A stretch of 64,000 nucleotides of DNA from Armatimonadota bacterium (GCA_039680575.1 JBDKSP010000020.1:1-64000), one strand, 5' to 3'. Counted from the first letter of the stretch, positions 10,547 to 21,243 are shown. The notes: a model not told the origin generated them from the sequence alone. Numbers and translations: made by a program.

Positions 10547-11278
10547 GTGCTTCTTTTAGTTGGGATCGTTGCGGCGCTGGTCGTTTTGCTGCTCACAGTC
10601 AAGTGGTGGACGGACGGACTCATAAGTGGCATCGAGTTCTTCCTGTTGACCGCGGTCTACGGAGGTCTGGGCTTCGGCCTTTTTGCGCTGATCAGCAGAA
10701 GTGAATTCGGCGCCGCTGTATTCGTATTGATAGCGATCATGGCATCAGTAGGATGGGCTCTCTACTGCAATCAAAAACTTGGGATAAAGCAGTATTACCG
10801 TGATAAGATCAAGGAATACGAAAGAGCAATTCAATCTGACCCAAGGAACACCGCCGCAAGGAGTCTTCTTGCCGAGGCTTACTATATGCTTGGGGATTTG
10901 GACCAGGCGATTGCCGCGATGGAATTGGCTGTTCAAATGTCTCCGAACTCCATGAAGGAAAGCCATACATTGCACCAGTGGCGAAGCGAGAGGGACTTAA
11001 GAGACTGCAAGACGGTCATTTGCCAGGTGTGTCATTCGGCTAATCTATGGGGAGCAGTGTCATGCAGGGCATGCCAGCAGCCGATCATCTACTCTAAAGC
11101 CGGTAGACCATCGTGTATGGGTTGGGCGGCGAAGCATTTCTGGCGTATAGCGCTTGGACTCTGCTGGATGGTTGTTACTATTGTGTCTTTTGCAGTGATG
11201 AGCCCAATGCTCGGAGCTGTAGTCTCAGGGTGTGGCGCGCTTGCAGTCGTCGGAATAATGCTTTTGTCGTCCGCATAG
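10547..11278 (+). CDS. membrane protein with TPR and zinc-ribbon (CxxC…CxxC) domains
   Basis: TM helices, TPR-like YERAIQSDPRNTAARSLLAEAY, CQVC…CRAC. Confidence 0.75.
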   Translation: MLLLVGIVAALVVLLLTVKWWTDGLISGIEFFLLTAVYGGLGFGLFALISRSEFGAAVFVLIAIMASVGWALYCNQKLGIKQYYRDKIKEYERAIQSDPRNTAARSLLAEAYYMLGDLDQAIAAMELAVQMSPNSMKESHTLHQWRSERDLRDCKTVICQVCHSANLWGAVSCRACQQPIIYSKAGRPSCMGWAAKHFWRIALGLCWMVVTIVSFAVMSPMLGAVVSGCGALAVVGIMLLSSA

Positions 11279-11297
11279 TAATGGAAGTATAAACTCG

Positions 11298-11993
11298 ATG
11301 AATGAGGTATCGGAACCGAAAAGGAAAAACCGTGGAAGGTTTGTCACCCTGACCGTGGCGATCACGGGCGGTGCGCTGGTCGCGGCGCTTCTCAGCTTCA
11401 ACCAGGCGGCGAAAGGGTACGAATACTACCTCGTAGGCAACCTGATCGCCCTTTTCTTCATTCCGATGCTTGCCATAATGCTTCTTCTCGGTGAAGAGCC
11501 TGCAGACTTCGGGTTCCGGCTTGGGGAATCCAGGCGGGTACGTTGGATAACGGCGATCATGTTCGCGGGGTTGCTGGGGCTGTTTTTTGTATACGCAAAA
11601 CGGCCTGAATTTCAGCAGTATTATCCGATATTCAAGGGATACCAGTTTGTCCCATTCAGAGGCGATAATATCTTCCTGGAGACGGACCCTGCATCGCTCA
11701 TATATGCCTGGGTGAGCTACGGGCTGTATATGTTCTGCTGGGAGTTCTTCTTCCGGGGGTATCTTCTATTCGGTCTTGCAAGGACGATCAACTGGGCAGC
11801 CGTAATAGTCCAGGCGCTGGCGTTCATGCTGCTTCACTGGGGGAAACCGATGCCGGAGTTTATCGCATCGCTTCCCGCCGGTATTATCCTGGGGATGCTT
11901 GCACTTAAGGCAAAGTCGTTCGTCCCCTGTTTCGCTCTTCACTGGTCCGCGGCGGTTGCGTTCGACATAATAGTCCTTCTTTTCCGTCCGTAA
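11298..11993 (+). CDS. CPBP (type II CAAX / Abi) intramembrane metalloprotease
   Basis: WEFFFRG, FMLLH and ALHW motifs in a polytopic membrane protein. Confidence 0.85.
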   Translation: MNEVSEPKRKNRGRFVTLTVAITGGALVAALLSFNQAAKGYEYYLVGNLIALFFIPMLAIMLLLGEEPADFGFRLGESRRVRWITAIMFAGLLGLFFVYAKRPEFQQYYPIFKGYQFVPFRGDNIFLETDPASLIYAWVSYGLYMFCWEFFFRGYLLFGLARTINWAAVIVQALAFMLLHWGKPMPEFIASLPAGIILGMLALKAKSFVPCFALHWSAAVAFDIIVLLFRP

Positions 11994-11999
11994 GAAACC

Positions 12000-12030
12000 G
12001 GCCCCGGATCGACTGGCATCGTCCGGGGCC
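12000..12030. terminator. hairpin terminator between convergent genes
   Basis: GGCCCCGGA…TCCGGGGCC followed by a T-rich tract. Confidence 0.55.
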
Positions 12031-12057
12031 TTGTCTTCCTTTTCTCCTTACTCGTGT

Positions 12058-12567
12058 TTACAGTGGCAGGTCTTGGATATTATTATCTCCCGAAGGAATG
12101 ACGACCGGGATGCCGTCTGTATCGACCTGGCTGATCCCGGTTATGACTATCCTTCCGGTTTGATTGGACGCTATGGAAGGGGAACTCAGGAAGTCTGTGG
12201 CCACCCGGCAGTAGAGCCTTCTGCCGACGTATTTACCATCCGTACCTGTTTCAAGGATATTCGATCCATCCGATATCCATATCAAGCCATTAGCATCCGT
12301 GGTTATCTCTCCTGCAAGCTTGATCGTCCTACCGACGGTGGAAGGGCCTTGGTAGAGAGATTTGATCGTGAGGTAGACGGTGTTTTCGGGGTCTTTGGCA
12401 ACGACAAGAACGCTCTTGAGGTTGCTTGACTGCTGAGGCATGGCATTCCCTGCAGAGTCGTAGTAGCTGACGCTGGCGGACACGGTTACGATTGTGCCCG
12501 GCGCTGTCTCCGCGTAGGAGACGGCGGTAAGGCAGACCAGCGCCATAATAACAAGTAGGATTCGCAT
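12058..12567 (-). CDS. secreted hypothetical protein
   Basis: Signal peptide; AAGGAGG RBS. Confidence 0.75.
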   Translation of the reverse strand: MRILLVIMALVCLTAVSYAETAPGTIVTVSASVSYYDSAGNAMPQQSSNLKSVLVVAKDPENTVYLTIKSLYQGPSTVGRTIKLAGEITTDANGLIWISDGSNILETGTDGKYVGRRLYCRVATDFLSSPSIASNQTGRIVITGISQVDTDGIPVVIPSGDNNIQDLPL

Positions 12568-12851
12568 TTCACCCTCCTTGGTTCACTAACCGCATGCCTC
12601 AGTAAAGCGTGAATCATGCGGACTACATCCGAAACAGCCTCAATAGTATACTAGCAAAAGCTGAACAGTAATGCAAGTATTTGTCGAGCAAAATATACAA
12701 AATTTGCACATTAGTCGCGCTAATATAGCAAGCGGGCAGTGTGAAATGTCATAAGAGGGCGGTCAATCGATGCAAATCAATTGGGGCAAAGCTGCTGCAG
12801 GTTAGCAAGAGTTCAGAGTTGATGAGTATAGCATCAGCTGAACGAACACTA

Positions 12852-12954
12852 CGTCATGCTGAGCTTGACTCAGCATCCAGGAAGAAAATGGACCCTGAAT
12901 CTATGGATTATCGGCTATAGCCGAAAATCTTCCGGGGAGAGTTTCAGGGTGACG
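12852..12954 (+). repeat. REP-like family A copy 2 with a ~40 bp insertion in its second hairpin
   Basis: Matches copy 1 including ~50 bp of upstream flank; extra sequence at ~12901-12942. Confidence 0.85.
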
Positions 12955-13061
12955 TGCTTGTCGTTTAGGGTGACGTCTTTATTGATAGCTGACGGCTGAA
13001 TGTTGACTGCTCTCTGTTCAGGATGATATATAATTCTTGCAAGAATGAACTCTTACGCAGG

Positions 13062-13307
13062 TTATTTTTGCTCTGTGTCAGCCGCTGTTTCGATTTCGTG
13101 AACAGCTTTGGCAGCGTTGCTGATCTCAAGGTCCATTTCATCCAGCATCGATTGAACATCATCGATATATTTGGAAGCGGAGTCGATATTCTTGGAAGAT
13201 CTTATACAGTAAAGCCCCATAGATATTCCTGTCAGGAGACCGGAAGCGCGGTGCAGGTTCGACGAAACCTGTATCAACTTATTTGCGAGAAGCGGTAGTT
13301 CGGACAT
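13062..13307 (-). CDS. small helical hypothetical protein
   Basis: 81-aa ORF with GAGG RBS, downstream of and co-oriented with the M16 peptidase. Confidence 0.45.
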   Translation of the reverse strand: MSELPLLANKLIQVSSNLHRASGLLTGISMGLYCIRSSKNIDSASKYIDDVQSMLDEMDLEISNAAKAVHEIETAADTEQK

Positions 13308-13360
13308 TGATAAACCTCGAAAAGGGAAATAGTGGTCGATTAACTTAATCCTTGATTATG

Positions 13361-15925
13361 TCATTCCGTCTTTGTTCCCCGGACAGCGCCCAGGCAGTAT
13401 CTGGACGGGTTGAAATAGCGTATACTTGTGTTCAATATATCCTCCGGCGTAACACGGCTGATACCGGCCAGATAATTGCTGGTCCCATCAATCCCGAGGC
13501 CATAAATTTCGTTTGCGGCTCGTTCTCTCGCGCGAGCGACGGATGTTTGCATTGAAATCAGTTTCACACCTTTCATATAGCTCTTGGCATTGGCGATTTC
13601 ATCAGGATCAGCGGGTTCGGTCTTCAGCTTTTGAAATTCGGAAAAAACAGCTTCTCTGGCGAGTATCTCATTATCCGGCGAAGTAGCCGTGTAGATGATA
13701 AATATCCCCCCGGCAGCTCCCGAATGACTGGCGGCGGATACGACATAAGCGAGGCCGAGCCGCCCCCTGACCTCCGCGAAGAGCCTGCCGCCGAGCCCTG
13801 AACAGAGCGCTGCGATGACATCGAGTGAATACCTCGCGGGATCGGTTGTGGTGACTCCAGGGAAACCGAGCGCAACGGCTGTCTGAGCACGGTCTCTTTC
13901 GGCCGCGAGTTCCTTTATCTCGTTTGGGAAGACCGTAAGCGCCGGTCCGCAGCCGGGATGACGTTCGCCAAGGCGCTGGAACAGGTTTTCCACTGCTTTT
14001 GCAGCGCTGTCTATATGGATATTGCCGACAATGGACACAACGGCGATAGCTGGGACACAGATCGATTTGTGCCACTCAGCGACCTGCTCTCTCGTGAGCC
14101 CGGCGATAGTATTATCCCTGCCGTAATCAGGAAGGCCGTACGGATGATTCGGGAAAGCTACTTCGGCCAGAAGGTCGGACGCATATCCGAAAGAGGAGTC
14201 CTGGAGCCTGCGTATGTCAGCTCTAAGAGCTTCTTTCTCTTTGTCTACCTCTTCTTCGTGGAAGGCCGGATCGGCGATGACATCCGACAGCAATTCGAAC
14301 CCTTCTTCGAAGTTCTTCGAAAGCACCCTCAGACTGTAACCGCAGAAATCGGAGCTGTTGGTGATGCTGATAAACGTTCCTAGATTCTCTATCCGTTGTG
14401 CGAGTTCTTCAGATGAATACCGGGAGGTGCCTTTGAGGGAGGCTCTGAGCGCCAGCTCGGTTATGCCAGCGTTTTCCGGGTTTTCGCAAGACCTTCCGCC
14501 TTTGAAGTACACGACTACACCGACAACGGGGTTGTTTTGATCGACTTCCGCGATAAGAGTTGCCCCGCTTGGCAGGATAGCTTTTGTGATATTGCCGTCA
14601 GCGGAAACCGCGGTAAGCGGGAGTGTCCCGGGCACATGCAGGACGGCATGAGATGATTTTTCTTCAAGTTCCTCTGTGGTGTATTCCGGCAGCTCGACGC
14701 TTTCAGGCATGTATTCGAGAATGGTAGCGCGGTCTATGGTCAAATATTTCGCGGCAACCCTTGCTACATCGATGGCATCGACTTTTCTCAATCGGTCCAC
14801 AAATTCATCCGACATTCGCCAGTCACCAAGCGCTTCGAAGTAAGCCAGACGGTTAGCCCGACCGAGAACCTGTTCCTGTTCGAAGAACAAATCGCTCTCG
14901 ATGATATTTTTTATCTTTTCGAGTTCTACTCTTCTGATAGGTTCTTTCTTTAGCTTCTCTATTTCCTCGAAGAATGAGACGGCCAACCGGCTTGGGTCAT
15001 CCGTAAGGAGTTCGGATGATACCGTAACGACCCCTATGTCCTTATATGCGCTGTAGAATGAACCGATGCTGCTGACGATCTGCTTCTGCTCCATAATCGA
15101 CTGGTAAAGCCTGGAGCTTCTTCCTTCACCGAGAATATCTATAGCCACCGAAAGCGGATAATAGTCGCTATCGAGTATTTTGGGGGCTTGAAACCCGATC
15201 TGGACGAGTTTTTGCTTTATATCACCCTTGAGGCGCAGGTATTTGAGCTTGGTCTGCTCGTATTCTTCCGGTGACGGGTTCTCGACTGAGTTTCTCATCG
15301 GGATTTCCGAGTACAGCTTATCTATCAACTGCAGCGCCGCTCCTGACTCAACTCCGCCGACGACCGAGATAATGATATTACCGGGCGTATACCTCTCCCG
15401 GTGATAACGTAGAAGATCGTCCCTGGTCATATTTCTGAGCTGGTCAGGGTAGCCGATCCGCCAGCGGCGTATCCTGTGCCTGTCGAATGCCCGTTCCCAC
15501 ATTTTTTCAAGTGAGAATGCGGACGGATTGTCGCGTTTTTGTTTGGCTTCCTGGATTACGACTTCGATCTCTTTCGAGAGTTCATCAGGATCGATTAGGA
15601 GATCAGATAAAGCGTCGAACTGTATGTCGAGTGTCTGCTCGAAATTCTCTGCCGGGGCAGTGACATAGAAAGTGGTAGACTCGTATCCTGTACCGGCGTT
15701 CAGCACCCCGCCCAGGGCTTTCGTCTCACGTGCTATGTCCTCCGGTCCCGGCCTGCGGCTAGTTCCCTTGAAGAACATGTGCTCGAAGACATGAGAGATG
15801 CCCATTTGGTCATCCGGTTCATTGAAGTATCCGGTGTTCACATGGGTCACTATGGCGACTACGGGGCTCCCCGGGCGCTCTTCGATAAGAATGGTTAGTC
15901 CATTGTCAAGAACCTGCTTAACCAC
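13361..15925 (-). CDS. M16 family zinc peptidase (pitrilysin/PqqL-like, fused two-module)
   Basis: Inverted zinc motif HVFEHMFFKGT, NAGT, SSRLYQ; second module degenerate. Confidence 0.92.
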   Translation of the reverse strand: MVKQVLDNGLTILIEERPGSPVVAIVTHVNTGYFNEPDDQMGISHVFEHMFFKGTSRRPGPEDIARETKALGGVLNAGTGYESTTFYVTAPAENFEQTLDIQFDALSDLLIDPDELSKEIEVVIQEAKQKRDNPSAFSLEKMWERAFDRHRIRRWRIGYPDQLRNMTRDDLLRYHRERYTPGNIIISVVGGVESGAALQLIDKLYSEIPMRNSVENPSPEEYEQTKLKYLRLKGDIKQKLVQIGFQAPKILDSDYYPLSVAIDILGEGRSSRLYQSIMEQKQIVSSIGSFYSAYKDIGVVTVSSELLTDDPSRLAVSFFEEIEKLKKEPIRRVELEKIKNIIESDLFFEQEQVLGRANRLAYFEALGDWRMSDEFVDRLRKVDAIDVARVAAKYLTIDRATILEYMPESVELPEYTTEELEEKSSHAVLHVPGTLPLTAVSADGNITKAILPSGATLIAEVDQNNPVVGVVVYFKGGRSCENPENAGITELALRASLKGTSRYSSEELAQRIENLGTFISITNSSDFCGYSLRVLSKNFEEGFELLSDVIADPAFHEEEVDKEKEALRADIRRLQDSSFGYASDLLAEVAFPNHPYGLPDYGRDNTIAGLTREQVAEWHKSICVPAIAVVSIVGNIHIDSAAKAVENLFQRLGERHPGCGPALTVFPNEIKELAAERDRAQTAVALGFPGVTTTDPARYSLDVIAALCSGLGGRLFAEVRGRLGLAYVVSAASHSGAAGGIFIIYTATSPDNEILAREAVFSEFQKLKTEPADPDEIANAKSYMKGVKLISMQTSVARARERAANEIYGLGIDGTSNYLAGISRVTPEDILNTSIRYFNPSRYCLGAVRGTKTE

Positions 15926-15998
15926 TGCTTGCCTCCAGAGTTTTTATGAGTTTGTTATACCCGGTCTAAACGAGTCGTAAAGAAAAATATGATAATCA

Positions 15999-17015
15999 CT
16001 ATTTAATCCCGCAGAGCTTTTTATAGATGGAGAATATTTTCTTTATATAAGTCTGGGTTTCGCGGTAGGGAGGGACTCCGCCGTATTTTCTGACGGCTCC
16101 CGGACCTGCGTTGTAGCTTGCGAGCGCAAGCGCCAGATGGTTCCAGGTGAGTTCCGTCCAACTGGCGTTCCCGGAAAGCCTGTCCAGATGTCCCCGGATC
16201 AGTTTTATGCTTCCGGCGATATTTTCTACCGGGTCATAAGCATTGGATACGCCCAGTCCGGCAGCGGTTCCCGGCATCAATTGCCCCAATCCCTTAGCGC
16301 CTTTGGGTGACGTTGCGGATGGGTTGAAATGTGATTCAGCGAGTATTACTGCTACGACAAGCCGAGGATCGACCTCATACTTTATGCTGAAGCCAAGTAT
16401 GCTCTGCGCGATGGTATCGGCTTCTGAGTCGGAAAGCCTGCGGTTGAACGACTTGATGGCATTCTTGTAAGCCGTAACGATGTCCGTCGACACCGGGGTC
16501 TTGGTTTGGGCGGCGCGAGCGGTCTGTCTCTTCGCGCGGTCTGATTTCTGCTGTGCTCGTTTTGCTGCGAGCCGGGCTTTTTTGTCTTGTTCGGCCAGGA
16601 GAGCTTTTTCCTCCCGCTCCGAGACTTCGTTATAAGGGGCAAACGCGACCAGCCGCAGGTCTGAAAGGCTAAATGTGCTTCTTTCCCCGACTCGGACAAG
16701 CAGGCATATTTTGCTGCCAGGAGATATTTCGGGGGTGTCATTGCATGTGACCACGTAGGACCCGCCGTCACATTCGATTATGAGAAATGTGTTGTTATCA
16801 CTGCTGTTTGCTGTGCCTGAGAGGGTCCCTCTCAGCTCAAAGACTTTGCCTTGATAGGCCTGCGGATCGGCTTTGACACGGGAAATCGGAAGTCCGAGAG
16901 CTTGATGTTCTCGCCGCAGCGAGAAGTATTTGTCCAGCGAGGCGTCTGCCACTGCACGAGGCGCGAACGAGACAACCACAAGCGACGCGAGAGCCATCCA
17001 TAACCCGGGTCTCAA
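15999..17015 (-). CDS. lytic transglycosylase (SLT domain) with signal peptide
   Basis: AESHFNP, GAKGLGQLMPGTA, ASYNAGPG, PYRETQTY. Confidence 0.92.
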   Translation of the reverse strand: MRPGLWMALASLVVVSFAPRAVADASLDKYFSLRREHQALGLPISRVKADPQAYQGKVFELRGTLSGTANSSDNNTFLIIECDGGSYVVTCNDTPEISPGSKICLLVRVGERSTFSLSDLRLVAFAPYNEVSEREEKALLAEQDKKARLAAKRAQQKSDRAKRQTARAAQTKTPVSTDIVTAYKNAIKSFNRRLSDSEADTIAQSILGFSIKYEVDPRLVVAVILAESHFNPSATSPKGAKGLGQLMPGTAAGLGVSNAYDPVENIAGSIKLIRGHLDRLSGNASWTELTWNHLALALASYNAGPGAVRKYGGVPPYRETQTYIKKIFSIYKKLCGIK

Positions 17016-17142
17016 AAGTCTGCTCTTCCTTTCACCTACGGAGTTTTGGCAGTTGATATAATGATTAATAAATATCGTTTCAGCCGAAACTCTTTATACG
17101 GCAAAGCCCCGCAATCTGTAATAGATCCGGGGCTCCTGCAAG

Positions 17143-17236
17143 TGGCGGAGAGACCGGGATTCGAACCCGGGGTAGGGCTATATGACCCTACAACCGCTTA
17201 GCAGGCGGTCGCTTTCGACCACTCAGCCATCTCTCC
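17143..17236 (-). tRNA. tRNA-Ser(GCT)
   Basis: GGAGAGA acceptor stem, anticodon arm ACCGC-CTGCTAA-GCGGT, long variable arm, GGTTCGAATCC T-loop, encoded CCA. Confidence 0.97.
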
Positions 17237-17478
17237 ATTACTACCGAATTCTACCATATACGGTTCATGAAACGCAACCATGAATTTTGGTATTATTGTA
17301 GATATTATATATCTCCTCCATCCGCTAAATCCGCGAAATTTGCGGGAAACGACGGATAGAGAATGTAGATAGAAAAGCGGCGTCAAGCCGCCGCACTCCA
17401 AATCAGCTATTGTCACTATGCTCGCACGGAGTTAAAATAACTAAAATGTTAAGTCGGCTTGATACGGAGGACAGGCAC

Positions 17479-18324
17479 ATGCGTTATAGAAAAGCGTTAA
17501 TCTTATTACTCCTGTTGTTGTGTATACCTGCTATTGCGAATGACAACGGGTTCATGTTCATTCAGATAGCTGATCCCCAGTTGGGATTCTCGGAGAAAGA
17601 TAAGAACGTGACCCAGGAAGTAAAAAACTTCGAGAAGGCTGTAAAGCATATAAACCAGCTTCAGCCGGCTTTTGTGGTTATATCAGGTGATCTGGTAAAT
17701 CGCAAGCATGACGCAGAACAAATCAATGCTTTCTGGAAAGTAGCAAAGAAGATCCGACCGGAAATACCGCTGTTTCTTGTTTCCGGTAACCACGACCTGG
17801 CTCCGGCTACGGAAAGTGATGTGCAGTCTTACAGAAAGATGTTCGGAACGGATTACTATTCATTCACGTATGGGGGTTCCACTTTTCTAGTGCTCGATTC
17901 CTCTGTGATCCATTATACCGAGGGCGATCAGGTGATACGAAAAGCCCAGCGGGGATGGTTCGAGAGCCAACTGGCGGAGGCTAGAAAGAACAACGCCGAC
18001 CATATTTTCGTTCTGACCCATCATCCATGGTTTATAAATAATCCCGACGAGGTTGATGCCAATGACAACATACCGCTGGCCGAGCGCAAGGATTATCTGT
18101 CATTGATGAGTACCTATGGAGTCGATTATGCCTTAGCTGGGCACCTGCATATGGAAGTGTTTGGGCAGTATGGCAAGTTATCACTGATTACTACCGGCCC
18201 GTTAAGCAAATCGTTCACAAGGACACCTGTGGGTTTTCGCGTGTTCAAAGTTTACAAGGACAAAGTCGAGCATGAATACTATCCGCTGGACAAGGTCCCT
18301 GAGCATATTGAAGTAAATAAATAG
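17479..18324 (+). CDS. secreted calcineurin-like metallophosphoesterase
   Basis: DPQ, GDLV, GNHD, THHP, GHLH motifs; GGAGG RBS before ATG 17479. Confidence 0.9.
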   Translation: MRYRKALILLLLLLCIPAIANDNGFMFIQIADPQLGFSEKDKNVTQEVKNFEKAVKHINQLQPAFVVISGDLVNRKHDAEQINAFWKVAKKIRPEIPLFLVSGNHDLAPATESDVQSYRKMFGTDYYSFTYGGSTFLVLDSSVIHYTEGDQVIRKAQRGWFESQLAEARKNNADHIFVLTHHPWFINNPDEVDANDNIPLAERKDYLSLMSTYGVDYALAGHLHMEVFGQYGKLSLITTGPLSKSFTRTPVGFRVFKVYKDKVEHEYYPLDKVPEHIEVNK

Positions 18325-18350
18325 AAAAGGGTTTAGTTTAGGAGTTTTAT

Positions 18351-19511
18351 ATGAGTAACAAAGTTCGCTTGGGAATCATCGGAGTAGGCGGCATGGGGAG
18401 CGGACATGCCGAGTATATCAAAAACGGCAGGATCAAAGGCTGCGAGCTTACAGCCGTGTGCGATATCGCGCCGGAAAAACTCAAGAGATTCTCAGCATTG
18501 AAAACGTATACGGATAGCAGAGAGATTATTCGCTCCGGTGAAGTCGATGCGGTCATCATAGCGACCCCGCACTATTTCCACACCACGATTGGGATAGACG
18601 CGCTCGAGCAGGGGCTTCATGTTCTTGTGGAGAAGCCGATTTCCGTCCACAAGGCCGACTGTGAGCGCCTTATAGCAGCTCACAAGAACAAAGACCAGGT
18701 CTTCTCCGCGATGTTCAACCAGAGGACGGACCCGCACTATCAGAAGTTAAAGGCTCTGATCGAAAACGGTGAACTTGGAGAGCTCACCCGCGTAAATTGG
18801 GTCATTACGGACTGGTTCAGGACGGAAAGCTATTATGCGAGCGGCGGTTGGAGAGCTACCTGGAAAGGTGAGGGCGGCGGTGTGCTTACGAATCAGTGTC
18901 CGCACCAGCTCGACCTGATGCAGTGGCTTTTCGGAATGCCGAGCAAAGTCCGAGCCTTCTGTAAGTTCGGCGCGAATCACAACATAGAGGTTGAGGACCA
19001 GGTAACCGCGTATCTCGAATATCCGAACGGAGCAACCGGCGTTTTCATAACGACTACTGGCGAGGCTCCCGGCGTAAACAGGCTGGAAGTCTGCGGTGAG
19101 AGAGGCAGAGTCACAATTGATGGGTCGAATATACGCTTCATCAGAAACGAGGTCCCCACAACCGAGTTCAGCAGGACGACAAATCAGGCGTTCGCGACGC
19201 CGCCGGTCTGGCGGATAGAAATTCCTGTATCGGGACACGGCGAGCAGCACCCCGCGATTACGCAGAATTTCGTAAATGCGATTCTTAATGGAACGCCGCT
19301 TCTGGCTCCGGCTGAGGAAGGTATCAAGTCCGTCGAACTGGCAAACGCGATGCTCTACTCGACACTTACGAATTCCACGGTCGAGATGCCGCTGGATGGA
19401 GCCGCTTACGAGAAAGAGCTCAAGAAGCTCATCGAGAGATCCACGTTCGAAAAGAAAACCGCTGACGATAGCAAGGTCTTGGACCTTTCGGGGTCAGTTA
19501 AGCAGTCATAA
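18351..19511 (+). CDS. Gfo/Idh/MocA family oxidoreductase
   Basis: GIIGVGGMG Rossmann motif, HVLVEKP, GGGVLTNQCPHQLD. Confidence 0.92.
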   Translation: MSNKVRLGIIGVGGMGSGHAEYIKNGRIKGCELTAVCDIAPEKLKRFSALKTYTDSREIIRSGEVDAVIIATPHYFHTTIGIDALEQGLHVLVEKPISVHKADCERLIAAHKNKDQVFSAMFNQRTDPHYQKLKALIENGELGELTRVNWVITDWFRTESYYASGGWRATWKGEGGGVLTNQCPHQLDLMQWLFGMPSKVRAFCKFGANHNIEVEDQVTAYLEYPNGATGVFITTTGEAPGVNRLEVCGERGRVTIDGSNIRFIRNEVPTTEFSRTTNQAFATPPVWRIEIPVSGHGEQHPAITQNFVNAILNGTPLLAPAEEGIKSVELANAMLYSTLTNSTVEMPLDGAAYEKELKKLIERSTFEKKTADDSKVLDLSGSVKQS

Positions 19512-19523
19512 GCAACTTGTAAT

Positions 19524-19557
19524 CGTGCTTCGGGACCGCAGTTCGTCCCGAAGCACG
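19524..19557. repeat. REP-like palindrome, family B (GTGCTTCGGGA…TCCCGAAGCAC)
   Basis: 13-bp inverted repeat; related copies at 52157-52193, 52384-52415, the IS110-split copy at 61430/62604-62632, and a half copy at 62833-62844. Confidence 0.85.
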
Positions 19558-19645
19558 GCATAAACCAATCCCCTAAATATTAAAGCCCTTTTTGAACTTC
19601 AATCTCCTGGGTAGACTTTTCATTGTCTGGTTCAGGAGGATTACT

Positions 19646-20848
19646 ATGCTCAAATCATACAAATATATCATTGTGGGCGGTGGTCTGGCGGGCGCATCGG
19701 CTGTCGATGGGATCAGAGAACGGGACAAAGAAGGCTCGATCCTGCTCTACGGGAGCGAAAAGCATCTGCCGTATGACCGCCCTCCGTTAACGAAGAAATT
19801 GTGGTTCGGTCAGAAGAAAGTCGAGGACATCTTCGTCCATGACAGTGATTTTTACAAAGATAATAACGTTGACCTCGCGTTCGATGTGGATGTTGTCGGG
19901 GTGGATGCCTCAAAAAAGAACGTCACGGACAGCAGAGGCGGCACGTATCTCTTCGATAAGCTCCTTTTGGCAACCGGCGGTGTTCCCAGGGCTCTTGATA
20001 TACCGGGTGGAGACCTCGATGGGATTTATTACTACCGCTACCTGGACGACTACCTCAGCTTAAGGGAAGAAGCGACTGAAGAGACGCGAGCTGTCGTCAT
20101 AGGCGGCGGATTTATCGGTTCGGAGATAGCGGCAGCGCTCGACATCAATGAAGTAGAAGTAACGATGGTATATCCAGAAGCCTATCTCGTCCAGAGAGTC
20201 TTTCCCGAAGGTCTGGGGCGAGCGATACAGGATGAATATATCAACCGGGGTGTAAATATCTATTCCAGTGATGTGCCCGTGATGATAGAAAAGCAGCGGG
20301 ATGTGTTTTTAACTCGCACTAAGGCGGATGTTCTGATCGAGTCGGACATAGTGATCGTCGGCGCGGGGATAATTCCATCTATCGAGCTTGCAGAGATGGC
20401 GGGACTTACAATCCAAAACGGGATTACAGTGAACGACCGTCTCCAGACATCGCATCCCGACATTTATGCTGCTGGAGATAACGCCTATTTTCCTTACGCG
20501 GCTCTCGGCGAGATGATGAGGATCGAGCACTGGGACAACGCGATCAACCAGGGGCGTCATGCCGGGCTCAATATGGCCGGAGCAGATGAGCCTTATACTT
20601 ATATGCCTTATTTCTTCTCCGATCTCTTCGATTTCGGCTACGAGGCAGTAGGGGATATCAATTCGAAGCTCGAAACATACGCGGATTGGCAGAAACAATA
20701 CGATACCGGGGTCATCTACTACTTAAGAGACGGCAAAGTCAGAGGCATGATGATGTGCAACGTATGGGAAAGGGTAGAAGACGCGAGAAGTATCATCAGA
20801 AACGGCAGACAGATTCTACCGGAAGCCTTAAGAGGTGCGATTACATAA
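19646..20848 (+). CDS. FAD/NAD(P)-dependent oxidoreductase (ferredoxin reductase-like)
   Basis: GGGLAG, PYDRPPL, GGGFIGSE, YAAGD, RIEHW, PYFFSD; AGGAGG RBS before ATG 19646. Confidence 0.9.
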   Translation: MLKSYKYIIVGGGLAGASAVDGIRERDKEGSILLYGSEKHLPYDRPPLTKKLWFGQKKVEDIFVHDSDFYKDNNVDLAFDVDVVGVDASKKNVTDSRGGTYLFDKLLLATGGVPRALDIPGGDLDGIYYYRYLDDYLSLREEATEETRAVVIGGGFIGSEIAAALDINEVEVTMVYPEAYLVQRVFPEGLGRAIQDEYINRGVNIYSSDVPVMIEKQRDVFLTRTKADVLIESDIVIVGAGIIPSIELAEMAGLTIQNGITVNDRLQTSHPDIYAAGDNAYFPYAALGEMMRIEHWDNAINQGRHAGLNMAGADEPYTYMPYFFSDLFDFGYEAVGDINSKLETYADWQKQYDTGVIYYLRDGKVRGMMMCNVWERVEDARSIIRNGRQILPEALRGAIT

Positions 20849-20883
20849 TAGTGTCATATTAAGCGTGCAACAGGAGGTTCGTT

Positions 20884-21204
20884 ATGAGGCTCGCAGAGGA
20901 GAAAACGATTCCGACCAGGGCAGGATCTTCACCGCTGCCGCTCGAAGACGCGGAAGACCTGTCCATACAGGTACCGGAATGGATACTGGAAGATAATAAG
21001 ATCGTCCGGGAGTACAAACTGAAGGACTTCAAGAGCGCCATCGACTTTGTTAATGATGTAGCTGATATTGCGGAGACCGAAGACCACCACCCGGACATCT
21101 GCATCAGCTACAACAAGGTGAAATTAGAACTCTCGACGCATAAAATCGGCGGACTTTCCAGAAATGACTTTATTTTAGCGGCAAAAATAGATAAGCTATT
21201 GTAG
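20884..21204 (+). CDS. phhB: pterin-4-alpha-carbinolamine dehydratase
   Basis: EDHHPDI signature and LSTHKIGGLSRNDF. Confidence 0.92.
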   Translation: MRLAEEKTIPTRAGSSPLPLEDAEDLSIQVPEWILEDNKIVREYKLKDFKSAIDFVNDVADIAETEDHHPDICISYNKVKLELSTHKIGGLSRNDFILAAKIDKLL

Positions 21205-21243
21205 GTGACAGGCATAAACTTATAGACTGCAAAAGGAGCTTGG

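Noticed and set aside
17143..17165. tRNA-Ser 3' end as an integration (att) site
   Set aside because: No duplicate of the tRNA 3' end and no integrase seen in the window.
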